Of a stretch of DNA of 64,000 bases, positions 51,895-60,365 are shown piece by piece. Under the pieces are notes generated by a model. The model was not told where the DNA came from. It did not search any database and saw nothing but the letters and a program-made list of their open reading frames with translations. The stretch spans positions 18,451 through 82,450 of the forward strand of contig CAZHJU010000008.1 of NCBI GenBank assembly GCA_964533495.1, written 5' to 3'. The stretch comes from an uncultured Bordetella sp. (GTDB lineage: Bacteria > Pseudomonadota > Gammaproteobacteria > Burkholderiales > SG8-41). A program made the position numbers and the translations under genes. Every line of letters begins with the position of its first letter. Position 1 is the first letter of the stretch.

Positions 51895-52020
51895 GATTAT
51901 CCGGCTACGCCGGACGCCGGCCGGTCGACGGCCGGAATAATGGGGAATCCGAAAAACGCACCACATAAAGCCGTGGCACGTTTTTCGGAACAGCGTCTTT
52001 AAGGGTAAAGCCGGATAATC
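51895..52020. repeat. 126-bp nested inverted-repeat module
   Basis: The outer 12-bp inverted repeat is perfect: GATTATCCGGCT (51895-51906) and AGCCGGATAATC (52009-52020). It encloses hairpin CCGGCCG-GTCGA-CGGCCGG (51917-51935) and hairpin CCGAAAAACG..CCAC-loop-GTGG..CGTTTTTCGG (51949-51988). Confidence 0.6.
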
Positions 52021-52043
52021 AACTGATCAAAAAGATCACTCAG

Positions 52044-52075
52044 AAAAAAACCCGCAGATGCGGGTTTATTTTTTG
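52044..52075. terminator. Bidirectional intrinsic terminator
   Basis: AAAAAAA-CCCGC-AGAT-GCGGG-TTTATTTTTT between convergent ORFs. Confidence 0.8.
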
Positions 52076-52500
52076 CTGCGCTTCGCGGCACGGGAAGAAG
52101 ATTTATCAACCTCCGAAGGATCAGACGACTTACGGGTAACGATCACAGTAACAATGGCAACTAAAGTAGCCCCACCAATAACACCTGCAACCCAAGGCTG
52201 GCCTTGAATTGCTACGTAAGCCGAGATTATTAATCCAGAGATTGCAATCGCGCCACCGATTAGAACACCCGATATACGCTCAGCAAAAATAAAGCTATTG
52301 ACTCTGCGGGATTCACGCCGCCTAAAATCAGCCTCAATCTCAGTCTGTTTAACAACCCATTGCACAAGCGATGGATCAATTCGACTTAAATGCTCAAGAT
52401 TGGCTGCAGGCAATATAGGACTATCGGTCGTCGTATGAGACACCGATAGCTGCTGACCATTGCGATCAGTAGCCCGAACGTTCGTATGACCGCTCGACAT
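52066..52500 (-). CDS. DUF2335-like membrane protein
   Basis: 144 aa with a GGGGGA Shine-Dalgarno sequence upstream. A soluble N-terminal part (..PILPAANLEHLSRIDPSLVQWVVKQTEIEADFRRRE..) is followed by two TM helices (GVLIGGAIAISGLIISAYVAI / VAGVIGGATLVAIVTVIV) and a basic tail. Low-GC DNA. Confidence 0.6.
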   Translation of the reverse strand: MSSGHTNVRATDRNGQQLSVSHTTTDSPILPAANLEHLSRIDPSLVQWVVKQTEIEADFRRRESRRVNSFIFAERISGVLIGGAIAISGLIISAYVAIQGQPWVAGVIGGATLVAIVTVIVTRKSSDPSEVDKSSSRAAKRSKK

Positions 52501-52669
52501 GCTTCCCCCTAATCACGCGCCGCATGTCACTTCCAAAATTCCTAACGTCCTCGGCTAGGTTCATATTATCTTTTTCGAACCCATATTCTGTACGAACGTA
52601 ATCACGTGGATGCACGTATGCATCCACCATGAGAGTAAAGCCATTCGCAAAATATCTGAGAATCTTCAT
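52466..52669 (-). CDS. Hypothetical 67-aa protein
   Basis: The ORF track gives MKILRYFANGFTLMVDAYVHPRDYVRTEYGFEKDNMNLAEDVRNFGSDMRRVIRGKHVERSYERSGY. It overlaps the downstream membrane-protein gene by 35 nt. No convincing SD, so coding status is uncertain. Confidence 0.3.
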   Translation of the reverse strand: MKILRYFANGFTLMVDAYVHPRDYVRTEYGFEKDNMNLAEDVRNFGSDMRRVIRGKHVERSYERSGY

Positions 52670-52844
52670 AGGTAAAGGAGTTGACAGCTCATTTTTTCAT
52701 AAGTTCAACTTTTATGCAAATTTCCCTTTTAATTCACAAAGATACATAAAAGCGTAAAAGAGAACGATCCACGACGATCAGCATAACCTTAGCGGGTTTA
52801 TACCCGAGTGCGCAACAAGACAAATTTCCCCCTAACGTCCAACT

Positions 52845-53417
52845 CTAAAGCTTAGCATCGTAAAAAATCCCGGCCGCCGACAGATCCACAACCTCGATAC
52901 GGCCGAGAGCCTCGAGCGCCGGCCGAGGGACAGCGCGGCCGGCAAATAGCACCCGGTTGTATTCCCGGTCCGGCACACGGCGCAGGCTGATATCCGGATA
53001 TGCCGCCGCCATCGTGCGCAGGGTAGTCTGATACTCAGCATCGAACCGGCCGGCCAGCACATTCACCGCCACCAGCCCGTGCGGCCGTAGCGACCGGAAC
53101 ACCGCCCGATGGAACTGCCACGTTTTCAGGTGCGCCGGCGCATCCGTCCCGAGATACGCATCCAGAAAAATCACGTCATACGGCTCCGTGACCGCCTCGA
53201 CAAAGGCCCGACCGTCACCGACATGCACCTGCATCCGGGCATCGTCGACAAACCCCATAAAACGACGCGCCACGTCGACCACAGCCGGATCAATGTCGAC
53301 CAGATCAATCTGCGCATCCGGGAATTGCGCCCGCGTAGCCCACCCCAATACCCCCGCGCCCATGCCAACCACCAGAACACGCTGCGGAGGCCGCTGCAGC
53401 AGCTTATACACGGCCAA
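52845..53417 (-). pseudogene. Spermidine-synthase-like class I methyltransferase, N-terminally truncated fragment
   Basis: ...RVLVVGMGAGVLG (SAM motif I)...DLVDIDPAVVDVAR...YDVIFLDAY.... An in-frame TGA lies 10 codons upstream of the listed start and there is no ATG. This is a GC-rich segment embedded in lower-GC DNA. Confidence 0.6.
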
Positions 53418-53709
53418 CTGCGCCCGGATAAAGGAGTTAACGCAACGAGATCAGAACAACAGCGAGCGCATTCGATATTACAAATCAGGCGATTTATTTT
53501 GTTTGCCGTTTGAGATACGGCGGCAGTTGGCGGAAGCCACCGTGGCGGAAGAGTGCCTTCAGGAAGATTTTTCAAACAGCGTCACCGAACGTTTGCAGGC
53601 AACAAGCAAAGATAAACTTGATGCAGATACCATCAAGATTACCGAAGCCGAGTAGGCACTGCGTTCCACGATTCCCAAATAGGCAAACTACCATTCCCTA
53701 AAGACAGCT

Positions 53710-54243
53710 CTTAGGGATTTGACTTAATGAAATCTGGAAGATCGTGAGAAGCTGGCTCGCTGCCGCCCGCCCAGCGCCAGCGGGGCGGGCGGCAGCGACC
53801 CCATGTTCGTCCCGGTGCGCGTCGATGAACGCCACCATCACCTGCGTCCGCGGTCGAGCTCCGCCTGGGCAAAAAAAACCGACGCCTTGCGCAATATCTC
53901 GTTGGCGCGCTTCAACTCCCGATTCTCGCGCTCCAACTCCTTGAGCCGCTCGCGCTCCGAGCTCGTCACCCCGGCGCGCCGCCCCTGGTCACGCTCGGCC
54001 TGCCGCACCCAGCGGCGCAGCGTCTCGATCGTGCACCCAATCTTGGGCGCGATCGACTCTATGGCCGCCCATTGCGATCCGTGTTCGGCTTCGTGTTCGA
54101 AAACCAGCCGGACCGCCCTCTCCTGAAGCTCCTGCGGATACCTCTTCGTCGTGTTCATGACTCCATCCTCTCAAGAAATGGAGTCTCCGGGAATCCCGGG
54201 GCGATTCATCTCGTAACTAATTTTAGTGTGCGGATTCCCTAAG
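53710..54243 (-). mobile_element. Internally deleted IS3-family element (orfA plus about 15 codons of orfB)
   Basis: Bounded by the imperfect inverted repeats CTTAGGGATT (53710-53719) and AATCCCTAAG-type ATTCCCTAAG (54234-54243). It contains an intact orfA. The orfB-like [14 protein letters not shown] stops at 53797. Confidence 0.55.
53838..54158 (-). CDS. IS3-family transposase OrfA (HTH)
   Basis: [59 protein letters not shown]...[22 protein letters not shown]. There is a T8 run near the 3' end, where IS3 frameshift sites lie. Confidence 0.85.
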   Translation of the reverse strand: MNTTKRYPQELQERAVRLVFEHEAEHGSQWAAIESIAPKIGCTIETLRRWVRQAERDQGRRAGVTSSERERLKELERENRELKRANEILRKASVFFAQAELDRGRR

Positions 54244-54337
54244 AAAAATCTGGCATCTAAAAAAACCTATCCCATCTTGACACGACTATGACGCAAACCC
54301 TACGCTTGATATTTACCATTAAATTTATTCGCACGTC

Positions 54338-54733
54338 GTGAAACCACTACCAGCAGCGCCCTTCGTCAATCACGTTGGCATTGTCTCTCAACCCATGGAG
54401 GGTGACGTTGCCGTCAGTTTTGTGCAATTGGAGTCACATCACCTGAACCGCATTGAATCAGCACACGGGGGACTAATCGCGACGTTACTCGACAATGCCA
54501 TGGTAAACGCCGCACGCGCGGTCTCGGGTCCGGATGCGCGTCTCGCGACAATCGAGATGAAGATCAACTTCATGCGTTCCGGAAAAGGGGCACTCCGCTG
54601 TACCGCCCGCTGCCGTCACTCGACAGCAAAGCTCGCATTCTGCGACGCCGAAGTGCACGACGCATCGGGCAAATTGGTCGCCACGGCAAGCAGCACGCTA
54701 CAGTACGTGGTTGGAAGCGGTCGCAAGTCCTGA
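54338..54733 (+). CDS. PaaI-family hotdog-fold thioesterase
   Basis: ...NRIESAHGGLIATLLDNAM...FCDAEVHDASGKLVATASST. Confidence 0.8.
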   Translation: MKPLPAAPFVNHVGIVSQPMEGDVAVSFVQLESHHLNRIESAHGGLIATLLDNAMVNAARAVSGPDARLATIEMKINFMRSGKGALRCTARCRHSTAKLAFCDAEVHDASGKLVATASSTLQYVVGSGRKS

Positions 54734-54781
54734 TCAAATTGCTGCGTGAATGCGCAGCATTCCCCTCGCACCGCTCCTCGC

Positions 54782-55978
54782 TTATTTCCCGCTGAAAAAA
54801 TACTCCTGATCCTCACCCATCTTAGGTGGCGGCCGTTTTGCCATCGGCCGCACGTCATTGATGCGGACCGGACAGCCGATGCTCAGAAACTCTTTGCCTG
54901 CAGCACCCGGCTGGCTGACGACCTGACCGAGGCCCTCGCGCACATGCGGATCGTCAAGAATGTCGCCCACCGAATTGATCGGGCTGCACGGAACGCCGTT
55001 AGCAATCAACAACTCTTTCCATGCGGCCACCGTATCGGTCAGGAAGATTTTGGTCAGTCGTTCAACAACCACGGGCTTGCGTTCCTTACGTTGGCGGAGC
55101 GTCGCGAGGGAAGCATCTTCAAGGAAGTCCGTGAGTTTCAGCGCACTACACAATTTGCGGAAGTGCAAATCCAGATCAGCAACGACAACAATGAACCCGT
55201 CTTTTGCCTGAAAAGCCTGGTACACCACACCGGTCGGATGACCGGATCCCTGCGGCTGGGGCTTAATGCCCTTGTTGAGATAGAAGCCGGCGATGTAGGT
55301 GAGGAACCACAGTTGGGTTTCCAGTAGCGATGAATCGACTCGGACCGCTTCCCCCTTCTGCTCGCGGATCAGTAGCCCGAGGATGACTATTAGGCTGGTC
55401 ATTAGCCCGCCACTCATGTCGACGATGGGAATACCGGCACGCACCGGCCCTTTGGGATCATTCGGATGCCCGGTGATGCTCATACCGCCAGAAAGCGCCT
55501 GGACAACGATGTCGTAGGCCGGGCGATCTGCCATCGAACCTTTGTTTCCGAATCCGGTCAGCGAGCAATAGACGATGCTGGAGTTGATTTTTTTGATGTC
55601 CTCAAAATCAAGCTTCAGTTTTTTGCACACGCTGGGTCGGAAATTCTGCAAAACCACGTCTGCGCCTTCGATAAGCTTGAACAGCTTCGTGCGATCCTCT
55701 TCCGACTTGAGGTTAATGACGACTGAACGCTTTCCGCGGTTCACAGCCTTGTAGTAATAGCTCATGTTCTCCTCATCGAAATGAGGAAAATGCCTCGACT
55801 GGTCCCCTTCTGGCGGTTCGATCTTGATAACCTCGGCGCCTAGATCGGCAAGCATCATCGTGCCGAGTGGGCCAGCCAGCACGCCGGTAAAATCAATGAT
55901 GCGCCTGCCCGCCAGCGGACTGGTTGCCGATATTTCCTTCGCCGACCCGGTTTCTGCTTTGTTTGCCATATGCGTCAT
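54782..55978 (-). CDS. Family III CoA-transferase (CaiB/BaiF)
   Basis: ...GRRIIDFTGVLAGPLGTMMLADLGAEVIKIEPPEGD.... 398 aa. Confidence 0.9.
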   Translation of the reverse strand: MTHMANKAETGSAKEISATSPLAGRRIIDFTGVLAGPLGTMMLADLGAEVIKIEPPEGDQSRHFPHFDEENMSYYYKAVNRGKRSVVINLKSEEDRTKLFKLIEGADVVLQNFRPSVCKKLKLDFEDIKKINSSIVYCSLTGFGNKGSMADRPAYDIVVQALSGGMSITGHPNDPKGPVRAGIPIVDMSGGLMTSLIVILGLLIREQKGEAVRVDSSLLETQLWFLTYIAGFYLNKGIKPQPQGSGHPTGVVYQAFQAKDGFIVVVADLDLHFRKLCSALKLTDFLEDASLATLRQRKERKPVVVERLTKIFLTDTVAAWKELLIANGVPCSPINSVGDILDDPHVREGLGQVVSQPGAAGKEFLSIGCPVRINDVRPMAKRPPPKMGEDQEYFFSGK

Positions 55979-56790
55979 TTCCCCGTGAACTTCGGAGGAC
56001 GTTTCTCGAGAAAGGATTTCACGCCTTCGTAGTGATCCTTGGTGCGGCGTGCCAGTGTTTGTGCAAACAGTTCGTAAGTCACCATACCGTCAACGCCGGT
56101 CTCGAATGACCGTGAGAGGATCTGCTTGGACATGCCAAGTGCCGTGGTGGCGCCGCCGGCCAACTCCGCGCCAATCTCCTTCGCTCGCTTCAGGGCATCA
56201 TCGCTCGTGATCTCAGCGATCATGCCCATGTCGTATGCGGCCTGGGCTTCGACCGTGGCGCCGCGCAGGATGAGGCTTTTAGCACGCGCCATGCCGACCA
56301 GCCGGGGGAGCGTGAACGCGCCGGCCCAGTCGGTGACAAGTCCGCGCTTGGTAAATCCGAAGCCGAACTTGGCCCGGGTGTGGGCCACAACGATATCCGC
56401 AGCCAGCGCAAAAAAACAGCCGCCGCCGAAGGCGGCGCCGTTTACGGCACTGATGACGACCAGCGGCGTGGTGATGAGCTTGCGCGCCATTTCGCCGACG
56501 TAATGGATTTTCTGCAGCGCCTCGACCGGCCAAAAGTCGTCGAAGTTGTCCATTTCCGATGACAGCTTGGAAACGTCGGCCCCTGAACAAAAAGCCTTCT
56601 CCCCGGCACCTGTGACAATCAGTACGCTGCAGCTATGATCCCTTTCAGCTTCATCAACGATTCGCATGAAATCGTAGCGCATGTCCCAGGTCAGAGCATT
56701 TCTGCTGGCGGGCCGGTTGATAATGAACGTCCACACACCTCCTGAACGATCAATGATGTAGTCCCCTCTGTCTTCTACTCCTGAATCCAC
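55975..56790 (-). CDS. Enoyl-CoA hydratase/isomerase (crotonase) family protein
   Basis: ...FIINRPASRNALT...VTGAGEKAFCSGADV...INGAAFGGG. Confidence 0.88.
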   Translation of the reverse strand: MDSGVEDRGDYIIDRSGGVWTFIINRPASRNALTWDMRYDFMRIVDEAERDHSCSVLIVTGAGEKAFCSGADVSKLSSEMDNFDDFWPVEALQKIHYVGEMARKLITTPLVVISAVNGAAFGGGCFFALAADIVVAHTRAKFGFGFTKRGLVTDWAGAFTLPRLVGMARAKSLILRGATVEAQAAYDMGMIAEITSDDALKRAKEIGAELAGGATTALGMSKQILSRSFETGVDGMVTYELFAQTLARRTKDHYEGVKSFLEKRPPKFTGK

Positions 56791-56845
56791 TGTAAATCCT
56801 TCGGTTTAAAGTTGAAGTTGCTGCTGCGACCACACTGCGCGTAAT

Positions 56846-57844
56846 TCATTTGGCTTTGATGTTGTTTTCCTTAACTAACCGGCGCCAAGTATCGACCTCT
56901 GCACGCACCTTCGATCTGAATTGTTCGGGGTTGCTTCCCACTGTAGAAAATCCTGTTGATATCAACACTTCTTTCATCTTCGGCATTTGTATAAGCTGAA
57001 TCATGTCTTTGTGGATCTTTCTAACTATGGGCTGCGGTGTGCCAGTCGGCACGAATAGCCCATACCAAACGCTTGTGTCAAAACCAGGATAGCCAGACTC
57101 CGCTATGGTCGGTACGTCGGGCATGAGTTCCGTGCGCTTTAAACTACTCACTCCGAGCGGATTAATTTTTCCGGATTTTTGCTGCGGCAGTGTGGTGTTG
57201 ACTATATTGAATATAATGTGGACATGACCACCAATGAGTGCCGCCAGCGCAGGCCCAGCGCCTGTGTAAGAGATGTTGTTCAGTCTTATCTTTGCAACAG
57301 ACTCGAACAGGGCCATTGTCATGTGCCCCGCACTCCCGATACCAGCATTTGAGTACAGCACTTCCCCAGGTTTGTTATTAGCTAATTGCACGAGATCTTT
57401 CACCGATTTTGCCGGGAATGATGGGTGTGCCGAAAGTACCTGAGGCGTATAAGCAATCTCGACAACAGGGGCGAGCTCCTTTATTGGGTCGTAGTCAAGA
57501 TTTTCGTGCAGTGCTGGAGCTACCGTGATAACAGTGGCTGAACCAAACAGGATTGTGTAGCCGTCCGCTTTTGCCTTGGCCACTAAAGCCGTACCGATTC
57601 GCCCTCCGGCCCCACCCCGGTTATCGACCACTACTGGCTGCCTCCACATCTCGCTCAGGTTATTGGCAAATGAGCGAGCAATGAGGTCAGTACCGCCACC
57701 AGCAGCGAAAGGCACAACGATGCGCACCGGCTTTGTCGGATAGTCCTCTGCTGACACCTTCAATGAACCCATGATGCTGAACCCGATTGCCGCAACCAGC
57801 AACGTCATTTTTCTCAGGCTTTGTCCATCCGAAAATGTTGTCAT
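56846..57844 (-). CDS. Bug-family (TctC-like) tripartite tricarboxylate transporter substrate-binding protein
   Basis: Signal peptide, then YPTKPVRIVVPFAAGGGTDLIARSFANNL.... 332 aa. There is no tctA or tctB in the window. Confidence 0.88.
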   Translation of the reverse strand: MTTFSDGQSLRKMTLLVAAIGFSIMGSLKVSAEDYPTKPVRIVVPFAAGGGTDLIARSFANNLSEMWRQPVVVDNRGGAGGRIGTALVAKAKADGYTILFGSATVITVAPALHENLDYDPIKELAPVVEIAYTPQVLSAHPSFPAKSVKDLVQLANNKPGEVLYSNAGIGSAGHMTMALFESVAKIRLNNISYTGAGPALAALIGGHVHIIFNIVNTTLPQQKSGKINPLGVSSLKRTELMPDVPTIAESGYPGFDTSVWYGLFVPTGTPQPIVRKIHKDMIQLIQMPKMKEVLISTGFSTVGSNPEQFRSKVRAEVDTWRRLVKENNIKAK

Positions 57845-57933
57845 TGCTCTCTCCTCGTTGTCATGATTACCTCTTCTGATTCACGCGTCCGGTTATACCC
57901 GCGTAACATGGGATACTGGCACGCCCCTCCTAA

Positions 57934-59307
57934 TCAGCGCAGTCCATCTAGAGCTTTCATCAACTGCCCGACGGTACCGACACGCTCCAGCGACATGATC
58001 ATGTCGAATGCTTCATCAGCGCCGGCATTGATGCCTCCGGCTTCAAGACAGTCACGGAACTTCGTAGCCAGTTCTGTACGTTTGAGTGGCATGTTGTGAG
58101 CACCGCGAGCCGAGCGAACCGGACCGCTGTCCAACCGTCGTCCGTCCCGGGTTGTGATTACGACGCAGTCGTTCAACGCGTAGCCCGCCTGATCCGGATC
58201 CTCAATTGGATCGAGGATTGTCACCACCCGCTTCATCATTGCCTGAACGTCCGCACGCTTTACGAAATCGTCCGTGAGTTCTCCAATACCCACGCGCCCG
58301 GCTATGATTGGCGCGACGACTGCAAACTCGAGGCTGAACTTTGCTTCTAGGCCGGTAGTCGGTGCATGTTGATGAAGAATGATGGAGTTGCGCTTGCTGA
58401 CCGAGGCGTCGATTCGCTCAACGTCCTCTGCTTGGATTGGCGTCTTTTCAAGCAGGTCGAACACGCCGTCGATACAGCGGTGCGTGCAATAGCAGATGGG
58501 GTACTTTTTGACACTGATGCGATTATCCGACGTGATGTGCCAATCGATTCCTGCCCTCACTGGCCGCTCAAGATCAATACGTCCGCAATATGAAAACGCA
58601 TGCAGGAATCCAGGCGAGTGCTCGAACACATCTTCAGCGCCAGTAAACCCGCCTTGTACCAGATGTGCAGCGACTAGACCTGAATGTGCCGCCTTGCCGG
58701 CGTGCAGGGGCTTGGTCATTGTTCCGAAATTCGCCACCAGTCCGGCGCTCTGTGATGCAGCGACACCCATTGCCCTCGCGGCCTGTTCCGCCGAGAACCC
58801 ACGCAATGACGCGCAGGCTGCAGCACAGGCTACTGCGCCGAAGACACCCGTGGGCTGCCATCCCTTGATGTGAAACTTGTCGAGGTCGGCATCTCGCAGC
58901 ACAAGATCAGCGATGGTTTCGTAGCCGGCGGCATAGGCAGTCAGCATTTGTTGTCCCGACGCATCGACAGCCTCGGCCTCTGCCAGTACTGCCGGCACAA
59001 GTGCCGAACTGACGTGGCCGATAGCCCGCTGAGAAATATCGTCATAGTCGAGCGCGTGTGCAGCGGTGCCATTGATCCAGGCGGCATCTATCGCGGATGC
59101 GCACCCCTGACGTCCCAGCAACGTAGCTACGCCGGACCCGGAGCTGATGATTGATTTAACGATCTGCACTGCGGGTTCCATAGAACCCGCGACGGCAACA
59201 CCGATGGTGTCGGCAAAAGCCGTCTTGATGGCTTCACGCACATCCGCGGGAATGTCTTTGTATCGCAATCCGGCCACGAAGCGACCGAGCTCCAGACTAA
59301 GCCCCAT
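57934..59307 (-). CDS. MmgE/PrpD-family protein
   Basis: MGLSLELGRFVAGLRYKDIPADVREAIKTAFADTIGVAVAGS.... Start set at 59307, preceded by GGAGGAGGA. Confidence 0.88.
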   Translation of the reverse strand: MGLSLELGRFVAGLRYKDIPADVREAIKTAFADTIGVAVAGSMEPAVQIVKSIISSGSGVATLLGRQGCASAIDAAWINGTAAHALDYDDISQRAIGHVSSALVPAVLAEAEAVDASGQQMLTAYAAGYETIADLVLRDADLDKFHIKGWQPTGVFGAVACAAACASLRGFSAEQAARAMGVAASQSAGLVANFGTMTKPLHAGKAAHSGLVAAHLVQGGFTGAEDVFEHSPGFLHAFSYCGRIDLERPVRAGIDWHITSDNRISVKKYPICYCTHRCIDGVFDLLEKTPIQAEDVERIDASVSKRNSIILHQHAPTTGLEAKFSLEFAVVAPIIAGRVGIGELTDDFVKRADVQAMMKRVVTILDPIEDPDQAGYALNDCVVITTRDGRRLDSGPVRSARGAHNMPLKRTELATKFRDCLEAGGINAGADEAFDMIMSLERVGTVGQLMKALDGLR

Positions 59308-59389
59308 GGCTCCTCCTCCACATTTCCGGTGCGCGCTCAACAAATACTCACACGCGCCGACTCCGACTATAAACTTAAATGTCCATTTA

Positions 59390-59400
59390 TGGTATTACCA
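59390..59400. promoter_or_regulatory. Candidate GntR/HutC-type operator
   Basis: Palindrome TGGTA-T-TACCA lies in the divergent 161-bp prpD-like/gntR intergenic region. The adjacent palindrome AAATG-TC-CATTT (59376-59387) and three CCATTT repeats lie nearby. Confidence 0.35.
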
Positions 59401-59468
59401 AAATTATAGGCCGTCAAACCTAGCTCTCGAATATCATTGCAGCCATTTGAAAAACCATTTGGAACACA

Positions 59469-60317
59469 ATGAGCAAAGCAGCAGACTTTCACATGATGAG
59501 AGGAGCCGCCGAATCCGAGGGCGTGCCGCTTTATCTCCGCGTCGCGGCTTCGCTGCGCACCCGCATCCTTCAAGGAGAGTGGAAGGTTGGAGAACATCTT
59601 CCCGCCTTCGAGGAACTTGCCAAGACCTACGGAGTAGCGATGAACACCATACGCACAGCGGTCAAGGTGCTCTCTTCCCAGCTGCTTGTGACCAGTGCAC
59701 GCGGACTGGGAACGCGCATCAGTGCAGACGCCGCCCCGCTGCTGCACCCCGAACTTAAAGCCGCCATCAATGCACCGCAAAGCCGGCTCTCTCCCGAGCA
59801 CTCGATCACCATGCTGATCAACCGGGAAGTAAAAGCGCTATCGGACGAACTGGATGTCGGCTACGGTCAGGCTTCGCGCTACCGGCACATCCACAAGGTG
59901 CACAACTTTCGTGGCATTCCGTACGACATTGTCACGGCCTACGTGGAGAAATCAGAATTCGACCATTTCCCGAAAGGTGTCGCCAACAGCCAGACCTTGA
60001 TGCGTCTGCTGCAGGAGCAAGGAAAGACGGAAATCGCCAGCTCCCGTCAGGAACTCACAATCACGCACGCTGATCCCGAGGCCGCATCCCTACTGCAGTA
60101 CCCGCTTGCAGCGCCGCTCGCGAAGGTCAAGCACTGGCGACTCGATGCGCACGGGGTTGTCATCTATGCGTCCGTCGTGCTTTACCGCAGCGACATCTTC
60201 GTCTGGGACATCACCCGGAAGGGAGCGAGCGAACAAGTCCCTGACGACGAATTCATGGCACACGCAGCGACCAGATCACGATCCAGGGTAAAAATTTCGA
60301 AGGAAACCGGCAAGTAA
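59469..60317 (+). CDS. GntR-family (HutC/UTRA-type) transcriptional regulator
   Basis: ...PLYLRVAASLRTRILQGEWKVGEHLPAFEELAKTYGVAMNTIRTAVKVL... followed by a C-terminal effector domain of about 180 aa. Confidence 0.85.
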   Translation: MSKAADFHMMRGAAESEGVPLYLRVAASLRTRILQGEWKVGEHLPAFEELAKTYGVAMNTIRTAVKVLSSQLLVTSARGLGTRISADAAPLLHPELKAAINAPQSRLSPEHSITMLINREVKALSDELDVGYGQASRYRHIHKVHNFRGIPYDIVTAYVEKSEFDHFPKGVANSQTLMRLLQEQGKTEIASSRQELTITHADPEAASLLQYPLAAPLAKVKHWRLDAHGVVIYASVVLYRSDIFVWDITRKGASEQVPDDEFMAHAATRSRSRVKISKETGK

Positions 60318-60365
60318 GACCAACGCGAGATCCGGTGACATCCGGAACAACACAAGGAGGAAAGC

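Noticed and set aside
53171-53701. ORFs 53171..53575 (-), 53188..53655 (+) and 53510..53701 (+), including a tail reading ..EIRRQLAEATVAEECLQEDFSNSVTERLQATSKDKLDADTIKITEAE.
   Set aside because: They overlap the methyltransferase fragment in other frames or lack starts. I cannot assign the tail to any family, so the region is left as unannotated relic DNA.
53731-54256. The 8-bp direct repeat AAATCTGG (53731-53738 and 54246-54253) as a target-site duplication of the IS fragment.
   Set aside because: One copy lies inside the putative left end and the other outside the right end. IS3-family duplications are 3-4 bp. An 8-mer match in AT-rich DNA is plausibly chance.
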